A stretch of 63,466 nt of DNA, filler included. It is 22 parts of 22 records of this genome, joined end to end, with 100 filler letters (N's around TTAATTAATTAA, not from the genome) between each part and the next. Parts side by side here need not be neighbours in the genome. Positions count along the whole stretch, not along the records: positions 53,876 to 56,868 come from SRR16133337_40301; positions 56,969 to 61,319 come from SRR16133337_40703; positions 61,420 to 63,466 come from SRR16133337_41309; 19 more parts are not named here. The stretch is one strand, 5' to 3'. The first letter of the stretch is position 1. Every line of letters starts with the position of its first letter. This document shows, in pieces, positions 53,876 through 63,466 of the stretch. Under the pieces are notes generated by a model. That model had not been told where the DNA came from, searched no databases, and saw only the letters and a list, made by a program, of their open reading frames with translations. A program made the translations under genes and the position numbers.

Positions 53876-54086
53876 GTTTTCCATATTTTTCAACAAGGAT
53901 CTTCCCCATGTTTTCCTTTAAAAAATTACGAATTGGAGGATAAGACAAAACAACTCTATTATCACAATATATCGGAGACTTCCATCCTGATGCCCAAGTA
54001 AAGGGGTTCTTTGGTTCCAATTTTATTGCTTTTATTTGTAAAAGTAATTCGGCTGTAGCTTTTGCTGTATCTTTGTTCACAATCAT
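53876..54086 (-). CDS. pyrE: Orotate phosphoribosyltransferase, 3' truncated
   Basis: [35 protein letters not shown]. Confidence 0.95.
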
Positions 54087-54098
54087 TTTGCAAATGTA
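54068..54098. promoter_or_regulatory. Overlapping divergent Bacteroidota -7 elements
   Basis: TATCTTTG (+, 54068-54075) for the NUDIX gene and TACATTTG (-, 54098-54091) for pyrE. Confidence 0.6.
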
Positions 54099-54675
54099 TA
54101 AAGTTTTTAGGAATGACAAACCAATTATCCTTACAGATTCTTTGGAAAAAGGAAAGAAGCTTGCCGTTTTTGATTTTAAAGAGATAAACCTATACAATCT
54201 CTTATTATTTCTTGATAAAGTCTCTGTAAAAGGTGTTTCTCTAAAGTGTCATAACCTTGAAAAAGATTGGATTCAATTTCAAAAGAACTTTCGAGTTGTA
54301 GAAGCCGCAGGCGGTAAAGTAGTAAACAGTACTAAGGAAACTTTATTTATTTATAGGTTTGATAAATGGGACTTACCCAAAGGTCACCTAGAAATAGGGG
54401 AAAGTAAAGCAATAGCAGCCCTTAGAGAAGTAGAAGAAGAGTGTGGTATTAAAGGGCTTCAAATCTTAGAAGAGCTTGAAACTACCTACCATATTTTTAC
54501 GTATAGAGGGGAAATTCATTTAAAAAAGACTTCTTGGTTTTTGATGTCGACAGATTTTAAAGGAACCTTAATTCCTCAAAAAGAAGAAGGGATTTCTGTA
54601 GTGGTTTTTAAAGATGCTCAAGAAGTGCTACAGGCTCTTGAAAATACCTATGAAAATATCAAGTTGTTATTTTAG
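54094..54675 (+). CDS. NUDIX hydrolase
   Basis: [27 protein letters not shown] Nudix box. Start taken at ATG 54094 (MYKVF). Confidence 0.93.
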   Translation: MYKVFRNDKPIILTDSLEKGKKLAVFDFKEINLYNLLLFLDKVSVKGVSLKCHNLEKDWIQFQKNFRVVEAAGGKVVNSTKETLFIYRFDKWDLPKGHLEIGESKAIAALREVEEECGIKGLQILEELETTYHIFTYRGEIHLKKTSWFLMSTDFKGTLIPQKEEGISVVVFKDAQEVLQALENTYENIKLLF

Positions 54676-54723
54676 GGAGATGCGGCGAAATAAAATAGCA
54701 CTTGTCATTGTAAATAATAGCTG

Positions 54724-54731
54724 TACTTTTG
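54724..54731 (+). promoter_or_regulatory. Bacteroidota -7 element for the SulP gene
   Basis: TACTTTTG, 22 nt upstream of the ATG. Confidence 0.65.
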
Positions 54732-54753
54732 CATTTCCATAAAATCGAGTACA

Positions 54754-56409
54754 ATGACAGAGTTTATCAGAAAAATAGTTCGCAATCCAAAAGATGATAT
54801 CTTAGCGGGAATTACCGTTTCTTTAGCCATGATTCCTGAAGTGGTTGCTTTCGCTTTTGTTGCTCAAATAGACCCATTAGTTGCTTTGTCAGGGGCTTTT
54901 ATAATAGGTTTGATTACCGCCATTTTTGGAGGTAGACCTGGATTGATTTCTGGAGCTGCTGGAGCGGTGGCCGTGATTTTTGTTTCTATGATTTCTGAAG
55001 GAAATTCTAAAGGAATGTTGTTTGAGATTCCTATTGAAAATATGGGGTACTTTTATTTATTGGCGACTGTTGTACTCATGGGACTTATTCAAATTGGAGC
55101 CGGAGTATTGAAATTAGGACGTTTTGTTCGTTTGATTCCTCATTCAGTAATGATGGGCTTTGTAAATGGTTTGGCGATTGTTATTTTTATCGCTCAGGTA
55201 CGTATGTTTTCCCATAAAAAAATGGAAATAACTACGGATGGTGTAAAGAATTATCTAAACGTTCCCATGCAAGGTGAAGAATTATATAAGATGTTAGGTT
55301 TGGTAGGTTTAACAATGGCTATTATTTGGTTGTTACCTAAAATTACAACAAAAATACCTGCCGCATTAACGGCAATTTTAGGAACGACTGCGATTGTTAT
55401 TTTCGGTGAAATGGAAGTAAGTACCGTGGGATCTTATATCATTGAAGGAGGCGGAGAAGGTTTGAAAGGGAAATTCCCAACTCCTAATAAAGAACTTTGG
55501 GAAAACCTGCCGTTTAACTTTGATACTTTAAAATTTATTTTTCCCTATGCTTTTTTGGCCGCTTCTGTAGGATTGATTGAATCATTAATGACCATGAATT
55601 TAGTAGATGATTTGACAGAAACAAGAGGAAATGGAGATAGAGAATGTATTGCACAAGGTACTGGAAATATTGTCAGTGGATTTTTTGGTGGAACAGGAGG
55701 ATGTGGAATGATTGGACAAACCGTAATTAATATCAATGCAGGGGGTAGGGGAAGACTTTCAGGTATTATGATGGCATTGACATTGTTGACATTTATATTA
55801 TTTACCGATCAATATATTGAACAAGTACCCATTGCTGCATTGGTAGGCGTTATGTTTATGATGGTTATCGAGACTTTTGCTTGGTCAAGTTTTAGAATTC
55901 TTAGAAAAATACCCGTTTCAGATGCCTTTGTATTGGTTATCGTTTCTGCGGTAACGGTGTTTTTTGATTTAGCCATCGCTGTATTTGTAGGGGTTATTAT
56001 TTCTGCTTTAGTATTTGCGTGGGAGAATGCTACTAAAATTAGAGCTAGAAAACGTGTCAAAGAAAATGGAACAAAGATTTATGAAATCTGGGGACCTCTT
56101 TTTTTTGGCTCTGTTTCAGGATTTCATGAGAAGTTTGATGTGAAAAATGATCCTGAAAGTGTTGAAATTGATTTTGTAGAATCTCGTGTAAGTGATCATT
56201 CTGCAATTCAGGCAATTTCTACGATTGTTGATAGATATGAAGAAGCAGGAAAAACAATAAAATTAAAACATTTAAGCGAAGAATGTAAAATTTTATTATA
56301 CAAAGGAGATGCTAAATTTTATAAAGTAATCATTGAAGATATTGACGATCCTCGTTATCATTTAGCAGCCAATCCAGAGAGTTTTTCCAAAGGAATTCAC
56401 TTAAAATAA
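54754..56409 (+). CDS. sulP: SulP/SLC26 family inorganic anion transporter with STAS domain
   Basis: DILAGITVSLAMIPE, GGRPGLISGAAGA, GCGMIGQTVIN and GPLFFGS (STAS). Confidence 0.93.
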   Translation: MTEFIRKIVRNPKDDILAGITVSLAMIPEVVAFAFVAQIDPLVALSGAFIIGLITAIFGGRPGLISGAAGAVAVIFVSMISEGNSKGMLFEIPIENMGYFYLLATVVLMGLIQIGAGVLKLGRFVRLIPHSVMMGFVNGLAIVIFIAQVRMFSHKKMEITTDGVKNYLNVPMQGEELYKMLGLVGLTMAIIWLLPKITTKIPAALTAILGTTAIVIFGEMEVSTVGSYIIEGGGEGLKGKFPTPNKELWENLPFNFDTLKFIFPYAFLAASVGLIESLMTMNLVDDLTETRGNGDRECIAQGTGNIVSGFFGGTGGCGMIGQTVININAGGRGRLSGIMMALTLLTFILFTDQYIEQVPIAALVGVMFMMVIETFAWSSFRILRKIPVSDAFVLVIVSAVTVFFDLAIAVFVGVIISALVFAWENATKIRARKRVKENGTKIYEIWGPLFFGSVSGFHEKFDVKNDPESVEIDFVESRVSDHSAIQAISTIVDRYEEAGKTIKLKHLSEECKILLYKGDAKFYKVIIEDIDDPRYHLAANPESFSKGIHLK

Positions 56410-56421
56410 GGTTTTTAAAGG

Positions 56422-56868
56422 ATGAATAGATATCTCAAACTGTATTTTCATTACCTAAAGAGAACAGGCTTATTTAAATTTTTAGGAAAAAATTTATTAA
56501 ACCTGATCGCTGTGGTTGTCGTTCTTACAGTTCTCTTATTACTTATGGAACGTTATGTAATTACGTTAAACGAAATCTTTGTTTTGATTGTTGAAAATGT
56601 TGACATATGGGTAGTATTTGCCTTATTCACGCTTTCAGAATCCGTTCTAGGAATTTTACCTCCAGATCTGTTTATTGTTTGGTCAAAAGAATTGGGTGAG
56701 CAAATAAATGTGAATCCTTGGGGGTTAGTAGGTCTTTTAGCAACTCTTTCTTATATAGGGGGATTGATTTCTTATTTCTTAGGAGTAAAGATGATTCACA
56801 TTCCAAAAATTCATGATTGGGCTATTTTGAAATATGGTGACCTTTTTATGAAGTTAAAAAAATGGGGA
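56422..56868 (+). CDS. YqaA/DedA-like membrane protein, 3' truncated
   Basis: SESVLGILPPDLF..LATLSYIGGLISYFLG..KKWG pattern. Confidence 0.65.
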
Positions 56869-56968
56869 NNNNNNNNNNNNNNNNNNNNNNNNNNNNNNNN
56901 NNNNNNNNNNNNTTAATTAATTAANNNNNNNNNNNNNNNNNNNNNNNNNNNNNNNNNNNNNNNNNNNN

Positions 56969-57962
56969 TACACCCTCAATGTAACATTTGGATCCCACTG
57001 CAGCACGAACATCACCTGCTGTGAAATCGTGAATGCCTGCTTGTCTTAAAAGACTCGTAATCGAGGTGGCAAAAGTTGCAGGGCTGAGTACCGGGTTTTT
57101 GGGCGGTTTTTTTGTGATGGGTGGAAAAAAACCAGGGAACTCAAAATGAGACTCCTGAGCTGCACGTGAATGCAAAACATACATATTATGGGGCGTAGAA
57201 CAGTAAAACTTGTTCTTATATTTTACCGCTTGAATCGAAAAACGCGGACCCCAATCACGTGTGCCTGGGCGCCAAGTTTTGCCCCTAAAAAGTGTGAATG
57301 AGACACTTAATTTGGTATTGAGTTGAGGTGTCAATGGACCCTCGTGGGAAAAATCAACCACTTTCGCGTACAAATTTGATGTGCATTGGCGTTGGCCTAA
57401 CATGTCAATTGTGAACAGGCACGCAGCTCGATCTCTTAACATATGTAAAGATAATGATTCAGACGGACCCAACTTATGCAAAAAATTAAGCAGCAAACAA
57501 ATATCAAAAGCAGTAGTACGCTTTGGTTTTGCGGGAAAAGTGCGAAACGCTCCCTCAACCAATAAGTTCATGAGAATATTAAAACGTCCTGAGAATTTAC
57601 GGACAAATGAAAAAGTGTCGCGTGCTTGTTTGACTGGGCCTGCTTGTGTAGTTGGGTCCGCTGCTAGAATGGCTAAAAAGTTAATGCCATGATTACTTTC
57701 AAAATCGAAAGTGCACACGCCCTGTGATTTGGCGTAGTGAGCCCAAGCTTTCCATTTGTATTCCTTACCCCGTAAAGTGCCCTGAGCACGTGCTCTTTTG
57801 AGGAAAGTGAAAGCATTTTCAGAAATTTTTCGCGCTTGGATGATGAATTGGAGAGTGCTAAACAAATCAGTTGCACTCTTCCAGTTTCCGCATAAGCAGA
57901 CGACGCTTGGCCCGTCCTTTTGACACAATTGGGAGACATTGGTATAATGAACGGAATGTCCA
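56969..57962 (-). CDS. Tyrosine recombinase of DIRS-like element, 3' truncated
   Basis: Overlaps the pol 3' end in another frame. Contains LSLHMLRDRAACL..LGQR, RGKT and LLRQAGIHDFTAGDVRAAVGSK. The catalytic Tyr lies beyond the contig edge. Confidence 0.8.
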
Positions 57963-60900
57963 CTAAAAAATGTAGAAATTTGTTAAACATTGGTTTGGAG
58001 GGCCAAAATGGCACTATTAAAAGCAAAAATTCGGGACAGTCCCACTCCAGTCTATGAGCAATTCTATCGAGTAAAATGAATGGTGGATACATATAGATGG
58101 ACTGTAAGTCCTCCCATTTTTTATCCTTACGTAAAATATCAACATACAAAGCACCCGGCTGAGGGTTACGTGAAATGAAATTTTTTAATTTTTTGTCTGC
58201 CAGCGATGCAAAACCGTCAACATCTGGAAACCCAAATTTTTCACATATTGTATTAAACATGTATTGAGATAATTGCCATGTTTCATGGAAATCAAATTTT
58301 CTTGATAAAATATCTGCCTTGTTTGCCGACGTGTGTATGTAGAAAAAAGAGAGTGAAATTTCACGCTGTTCAGCGAACGAAAACACACGCAACACGGGTC
58401 TCAATAAATGAATAAAACGCCCACCTTGGTTTGAAAAGTATGAAAGAGCAGTTGAATTGTCGATGCCGACATGTAAGGCGCATTTTGAAAGATTATTTGA
58501 TTGAATGAAAGCAAATACCGAAAATTCTGTTGCAATTGCCTCCTTCTCATTGTTGTGAAGGTTCAACAATTTATCTGACCATTTGCCTTGGGAAAACTTG
58601 TGTACCACTGGACATTTTTGTGATACGAGTTGGAACCCCCAACCATATTTGCCGGATGCATCAATGTGAATTGTAAAATCTGGTGACTCAAAACCAACCG
58701 ATTTTTCGTTCCATTTTAGCAAAAATGCCGCCCATGAACACCATTCAGAAATGACTTTTTCTGGTAAAACAACTTTTTTGTCATAATCGGAAAAATCGTG
58801 TGATGAAAGGATTTGTCTGCGGAAAAAATCTGTTTGAGCGGAATGAAAACGCATATTTTTAATTGCCAATGAATTTGCAGTAAATTTGCCATATACCTCC
58901 AACACTTCCCGAAATTTCACAAAGCCGAATTTTCTAAATTTTTTCACTGTATTTCTAGCTTTGGCTAGAATTTGCGAGATCTTTTCATGTGAAATTTTGG
59001 CTGTCATTTTAACAGAATTGAAGATATACCCTAAAGTTTCAATTTCATGTGAAGGGGTAATGGTCGATTTTGGAACATTTCGTTGGAAACCGAGCGCCGC
59101 CCACACTAAATTCACAAAATATTGTGCCTGAAAAGAAAGCAAACGCCCATTTGTGCCGGCACGTGTGATTGTTGTGCCGTCATCTAAATATAGCACTCGA
59201 CAAATGTTTGCCAGACGAATTTGTTTTGTGGGCGCCTCAGCAAGTTTGGTGTACAGAAAACCTGCGGGTTTAAAACCAAATTGCATGACATTAAAAACAA
59301 ATGTTTCATTCTTAAACCAAAATGCAAAATATTTTTGGGATTTTTCATGCAGACGAATATGGTGGTAAGCGTTACGTAAATCTTCCCCAGAAAAAAAACA
59401 ATTTGGTGTCATAAGCTGTGCGATTTGGTTCGCTCCAGTCATGTGAAATGTTTGATCTCGGATAAATTCATTTAAATTGCTTAAGTTCGATACAGGACGC
59501 AGGGAACCATTTTTTTTGGGCACACCAAAAATGTGGTGATAAAAACATGAACGGGGATCACCCTTAAATTTCATTATTCTGCCCTCAAGTTCCCATTGAT
59601 TTAAAATGTCTTGCAACTCAGGTGAGTGTTGCAAAGTTTTTATTTGTAATTTTTTCAGACTCTTTTGCTCGTGTATACTTTGGACTGGAGGGGATGCCTT
59701 AAACCACAAGTAAATATTAAAACCCTCACATAATATACCTTTCACCAAACGTGATTCTGTGGCAAAATTCGGTGCATTTTCTGCCCATGGCCGCAAGAGG
59801 TTTGGGTATCGGGAGGGTTGGTGGCGAGGCTGTGCAAAAACATACAATTTTTTACCATTCTGAAGGATGTTTTGCAATACATTTTCATTACAAAATGAAA
59901 TTTTGGAAATTTCATTTTTGTCGAAAAATTCATCTTGAAGCGTATCAAGTGCCAAACGTCTAACCGCAAAAGGTAGAGTTAAGAATAAACGTAATGGAAA
60001 TTCAAATGGAAAATGCTCATTTTTTAACACACCTCTCTTCTTTTTACGAGAACCTGACCCGTTATTTCGCGCGTAAAAGGGACGTGGATGTTTTTTTCGT
60101 TCTTCTTGCTTTTTTTCCAGAGCCTCTTCAATTTGCTTCTTTGTCTGCTCAGAAATTAAAGGTTGTACATTGGGAGTTTCGAGTTTCCAATTATTGGGAA
60201 AAGCATCTTTCAAACCATGTTTATGAGCAAGTAAATTTTTTTGGAGTTCCACCAGCGAGATTTCTTCGTTTCTGATGTGGTGGAAGCTCGCAAAAAGAAA
60301 AGCCTTGATGTTGTCAAGCTCTACCCTTACTTTCCCGCCATCCACCAGTTTGTCGCAAAATTCAAAAGCATTATCCAAGTGTTTGCCAGCGACAATCAAA
60401 AATTTTGCAGCCGCAGCATTGGCATTGTATTTTCGTTTCAAAACAACATCTAGAATAAATTTGAGAAATCTAGAATTTGGGTTTTGTCTGTCATCCTTTA
60501 GACCTTGAATAATCGGTAAAGAAAGTGGAAATTGGCGCTGAAAACAGGGCAAAGATTCCAGCACCCCTTCAGAAGCCCCTTCAGCGTTTGGGAAAAAATT
60601 TTCACGCTCTGCTTCGAGGTGAATTTCACCAGGCAGTGCTAAAGAGAAAACCATTGCCTCCACAGTTTTTGAGGACAAAAACTGTTCAAGATCCTTTCCT
60701 GAACCTTCAACAAACGCATTCCAAAACTTTTTGCGCTTTTCGAGGTCCTCTGGGGAGAGGAGACCCGTTGGGGCTTGAAAGAGTGCTGAAAAACCTTTGT
60801 AGATGTCCGCAAAATCGATATCTTTGGGTGTTGGGGGGTCATTATTTACCCTATAAAAACAGAAGTAAGGAAAACAAACTCAGTGAGGACGTCTGAAATT

Positions 60901-61232
60901 GATAAGCAAAATAAGCTTCAGTGACACGCGTGTCCTTTTCATTTCAGTTTTCTCGTTCCAGAACACCACGAAGACAACCACGTAATGAAATTGGTTTTCA
61001 TTTTCAGTTTAAAAAACAAAAAAATTGGAAAAATGTTCGTGGTAAGCGACGTGAATGGTGAAATATTAATAAAATGCCGTGAAAAAGAACTTAGTGTCAT
61101 CGAAGAAGCTTATTTCCGTTGCATCTGTGAGTAAGAGTTGGCTCGCACGCACGAATAGCTGTCGGACATGTCTTCGTCATCATCTTCACAGAGTTCCTGT
61201 GAACGTGGTTCGTTTTGGCCTTTGGACGCCAT
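57673..61232 (-). CDS. Gag-Pol of DIRS-like element (leader exon 61232-61153 + exon 60850-57673, about 1085 aa)
   Basis: RT: FGVPKKNGSLRPVSNL, DLRNAYHHI, MQFG, YLDD. RNase H: IDASG.YGWG, HNNEKEA, DNSTALSY, NKADILSR. Methyltransferase-like: DVDGFAS, YMYPPF. The frame extends 57 codons upstream of the ORF-track TTG to a polypyrimidine-TAG acceptor. The domain calls are firm; the leader exon is inferred. Confidence 0.8.
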
Positions 61233-62668
61233 TACCGAACGGTGAACTTAAATTTTTGTAGGAGAATTGAGTACGTGACTATGAAATAAGTTGGTCTGGT
61301 GAACTAGTGTCGTTTATTTNNNNNNNNNNNNNNNNNNNNNNNNNNNNNNNNNNNNNNNNNNNNTTAATTAATTAANNNNNNNNNNNNNNNNNNNNNNNNN
61401 NNNNNNNNNNNNNNNNNNNAAACGATGTGTTTTATATTTCCAGTTTTTCATAAAAATGATTTTTGGCTGGAAATACAGTCAGCAATTCTGAAAAATTGAA
61501 AAAGCATGAAAACTTTAACATGCAATGAAGAGTAAAATTCACTGAATCCACAAACTAGCATGCCAAAACATTTAAACTATTGGGCAGAAGTTTTTGAGGG
61601 CACGACTTTGTGCATTTTGGGGGAAATCATTACAGGTAGGATGTACTCTATGACTTGCGCAGATCCAACGACTCAGCTCCATTGCTTACCCTTCCGTCAT
61701 CCCTCTTGTTTCGTTGAATGGGTTTTTGATGTGATCTTTTTGAAGAACATACGCCACCATTTACAAACCCACTACTTCCAATCAAAACAACAAAGATGAA
61801 AGAACCCATTCTCGCACTCATTTTCGGTCGCCTCTTTCTTGCTCACGTAAACGCCGTTGCTTTTTCTTGAGAATCGGGTTTTTGAATACGTGCGTCTCGC
61901 CGTTTCAGCGCGATATTTTGTTTTTGGGATGTGTGTAAGATTTGAAACGTCCATTTCGGGCTTTTGTTTTTCTGTGGTGATTACGTATTGCACTAATATT
62001 AATACTTTTATTTTCGGAATTGCATTATTTTGACATGACTTCAGTCACATTTACACCACAATATTGTTGTGTAATTTTTTATATAATTGGTTTTGATTTT
62101 TTTTGGAAATTTCACCACGATTCGTTCTTCTTGTTATGAAAAATATTCATTTTTGTTTCAATTTGGGTTCCCAGCACAAAATTATAAGGGCGAGTGGCGG
62201 GCATGTGTAGTATATTTTAATTTCTGTGAAAACAATGTTTTAGAGAAAAATCGAAAACTTTTGTTTGGTGTTTCAGGGAATGTCTGTTTGAAGTATGTTA
62301 AAATTCTCGTCTTTTTTCATTGCAAATATTAAGACTGAATGTATCGAAATGTTTTTAGCGCAAAACGTAAAAAATGACAAACACTTTTGGTGTTTTCGCC
62401 ATGTAATTCAAACAAGATACAACAGATACGTAACTGACACCCTAGTGATAAGTTTTGAGGTGATAAAGTTTTGAACAACACAAAATTTGATCGATGTGAA
62501 TTGGGAAAGAGCAATTGATTTTTTTAGAAATTTGTCTATGTTTGAGAGACTACATTGTAAACCAAACGAATATTTAGGCTCATCATTGATAATTATTTTG
62601 AAAACAATGACGATAGAACATTTAACATTAAGTGCACGTTTTATATTACATATATTTAACTTCACACT

Positions 62669-63050
62669 CTACGCCACATAAATACACACTAAATACCACA
62701 AATCACTGGGAATTTTGACATGTCCATTCACTGTCAAATAATTTTGTAGTTCTTTCCGAAACTCCAAGATCCCGTTCATTGTCCTATTTGATGCTTCGAA
62801 TGCTTTAACCCACGGTGAAATTTCATTATTTCTTGCTGTTATTATTTTGAGAAAATCAAAAGATACACTGTTGGTTTTTGAGACGTAATGTTTGAGTTTA
62901 AAACTTTGTAAGTGAATATTGTTTTTGGTCCATTTGTCAATATTTTTTACACATGTATACATGTTATGACTTGTATCAAGTGCTTCTCCTGTTAGTATGA
63001 TTACGAGTTTTTTGAGTTTTGTTGCGTGTGGTAGTTCTAAAAATATACAG
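62669..63050 (-). CDS. Probable terminal exon of an unknown (LRR-like) protein
   Basis: Acceptor-like TTTAG at about 63051, then about 127 open codons (LPHATKLKKLVI..HLQSFKL..IPSDLWYLVCIY). Confidence 0.3.
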
Positions 63051-63466
63051 CTAAATGTTTGGTTTTGCACAAACGACATGACGTATGATTGGTTCCAACA
63101 ACCCCTCACCACCCGCCCAAAAAAGAGTATCTTGTTGTTGTATGTAATTTCCAAAACGAAAAATGAAAACTTCACATTGTGTTCTTTTCTTGGGGGAAAA
63201 CTCAAAATCCTAACGTTCTCAGTGAAGGTTCAACTTTTTGATTTTCGTAAATCGGGATGCAATTACTTGTTTGGTGAAATTCATTTGCCAGTTGGCATCA
63301 AAACTTGAAGTGATGAATATTTTCAAGATTGAAATGGCCAGAATAAAATACGAGAAAAAGCTAATTTTCTTACTTTACGACGAAAGTTTTTGAAAAACTC
63401 CATTTTTTTAAAAGAAGAAAACAAAAAAAATTGTTTTGTATACACCTTTAAGGTAGGAGACTGTCT

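Larger units (their letters stand above)
56969..61319 (-). mobile_element. DIRS-like tyrosine recombinase retrotransposon (gag, RT, RNase H, MT-like, YR), 3' truncated
   Basis: The domain order, and the overlap between pol and YR, are typical of DIRS-group elements. Terminal repeats are not resolvable in the contig. Confidence 0.92.

Noticed and set aside
48655-61319. Bacterial genes adjacent to retroelements as horizontal transfer or an RT-linked bacterial system (retron, DGR, defence)
   Set aside because: The neighbours are separated by spacers, and both RTs are eukaryotic TE types (PLE, DIRS).
2443-61419. Regularly recurring TTAATTAATTAA as a repeat array or CRISPR
   Set aside because: Always embedded in N runs of fixed length, so it is an artificial linker. 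No CRISPR repeats or cas genes were seen.
1-63466. Most 60-110 aa ORFs in the track, including antisense ORFs over real genes and ORFs running into X
   Set aside because: They are shadow frames, intron or intergenic noise, or spacer read-through, with no recognisable motifs.

Overview
This window is not one locus. It is a concatenation of 22 short contigs (2-6 kb) joined by artificial 100-nt spacers (N44-TTAATTAATTAA-N44), with Illumina adapter remnants at two contig ends. At least three genome types are mixed. (1) An AT-rich, intron-rich eukaryotic nuclear genome (standard code, GT-AG introns) carries exons of a PHD/C2H2/patatin-like phospholipase, an EGF protein, a flavin monooxygenase, a choice-of-anchor-B-like protein, an F-box/LRR pseudogene and four transposon classes: Sola-like DDD transposase, an intact spliced Helitron RepHel, a Penelope-like RT/GIY-YIG element and a DIRS-like tyrosine-recombinase retrotransposon. 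(2) An extremely AT-rich mitochondrial fragment uses TGA=Trp (rps3, nad2, nad4; the two nad genes have long N-terminal extensions). (3) Three Flavobacteriaceae-like bacterial contigs carry an FAD/Fe-S oxidoreductase; argS; and pyrE-NUDIX-sulP. The most intriguing signal is in the DIRS-like element: one short ATG leader exon has a phase-2 donor that fits in frame onto three separate acceptors lying in front of gag, pol and the recombinase ORF (which lacks an N-terminal ATG). This suggests expression by alternative splicing. All family assignments come from motif recognition by eye; no database search was run.
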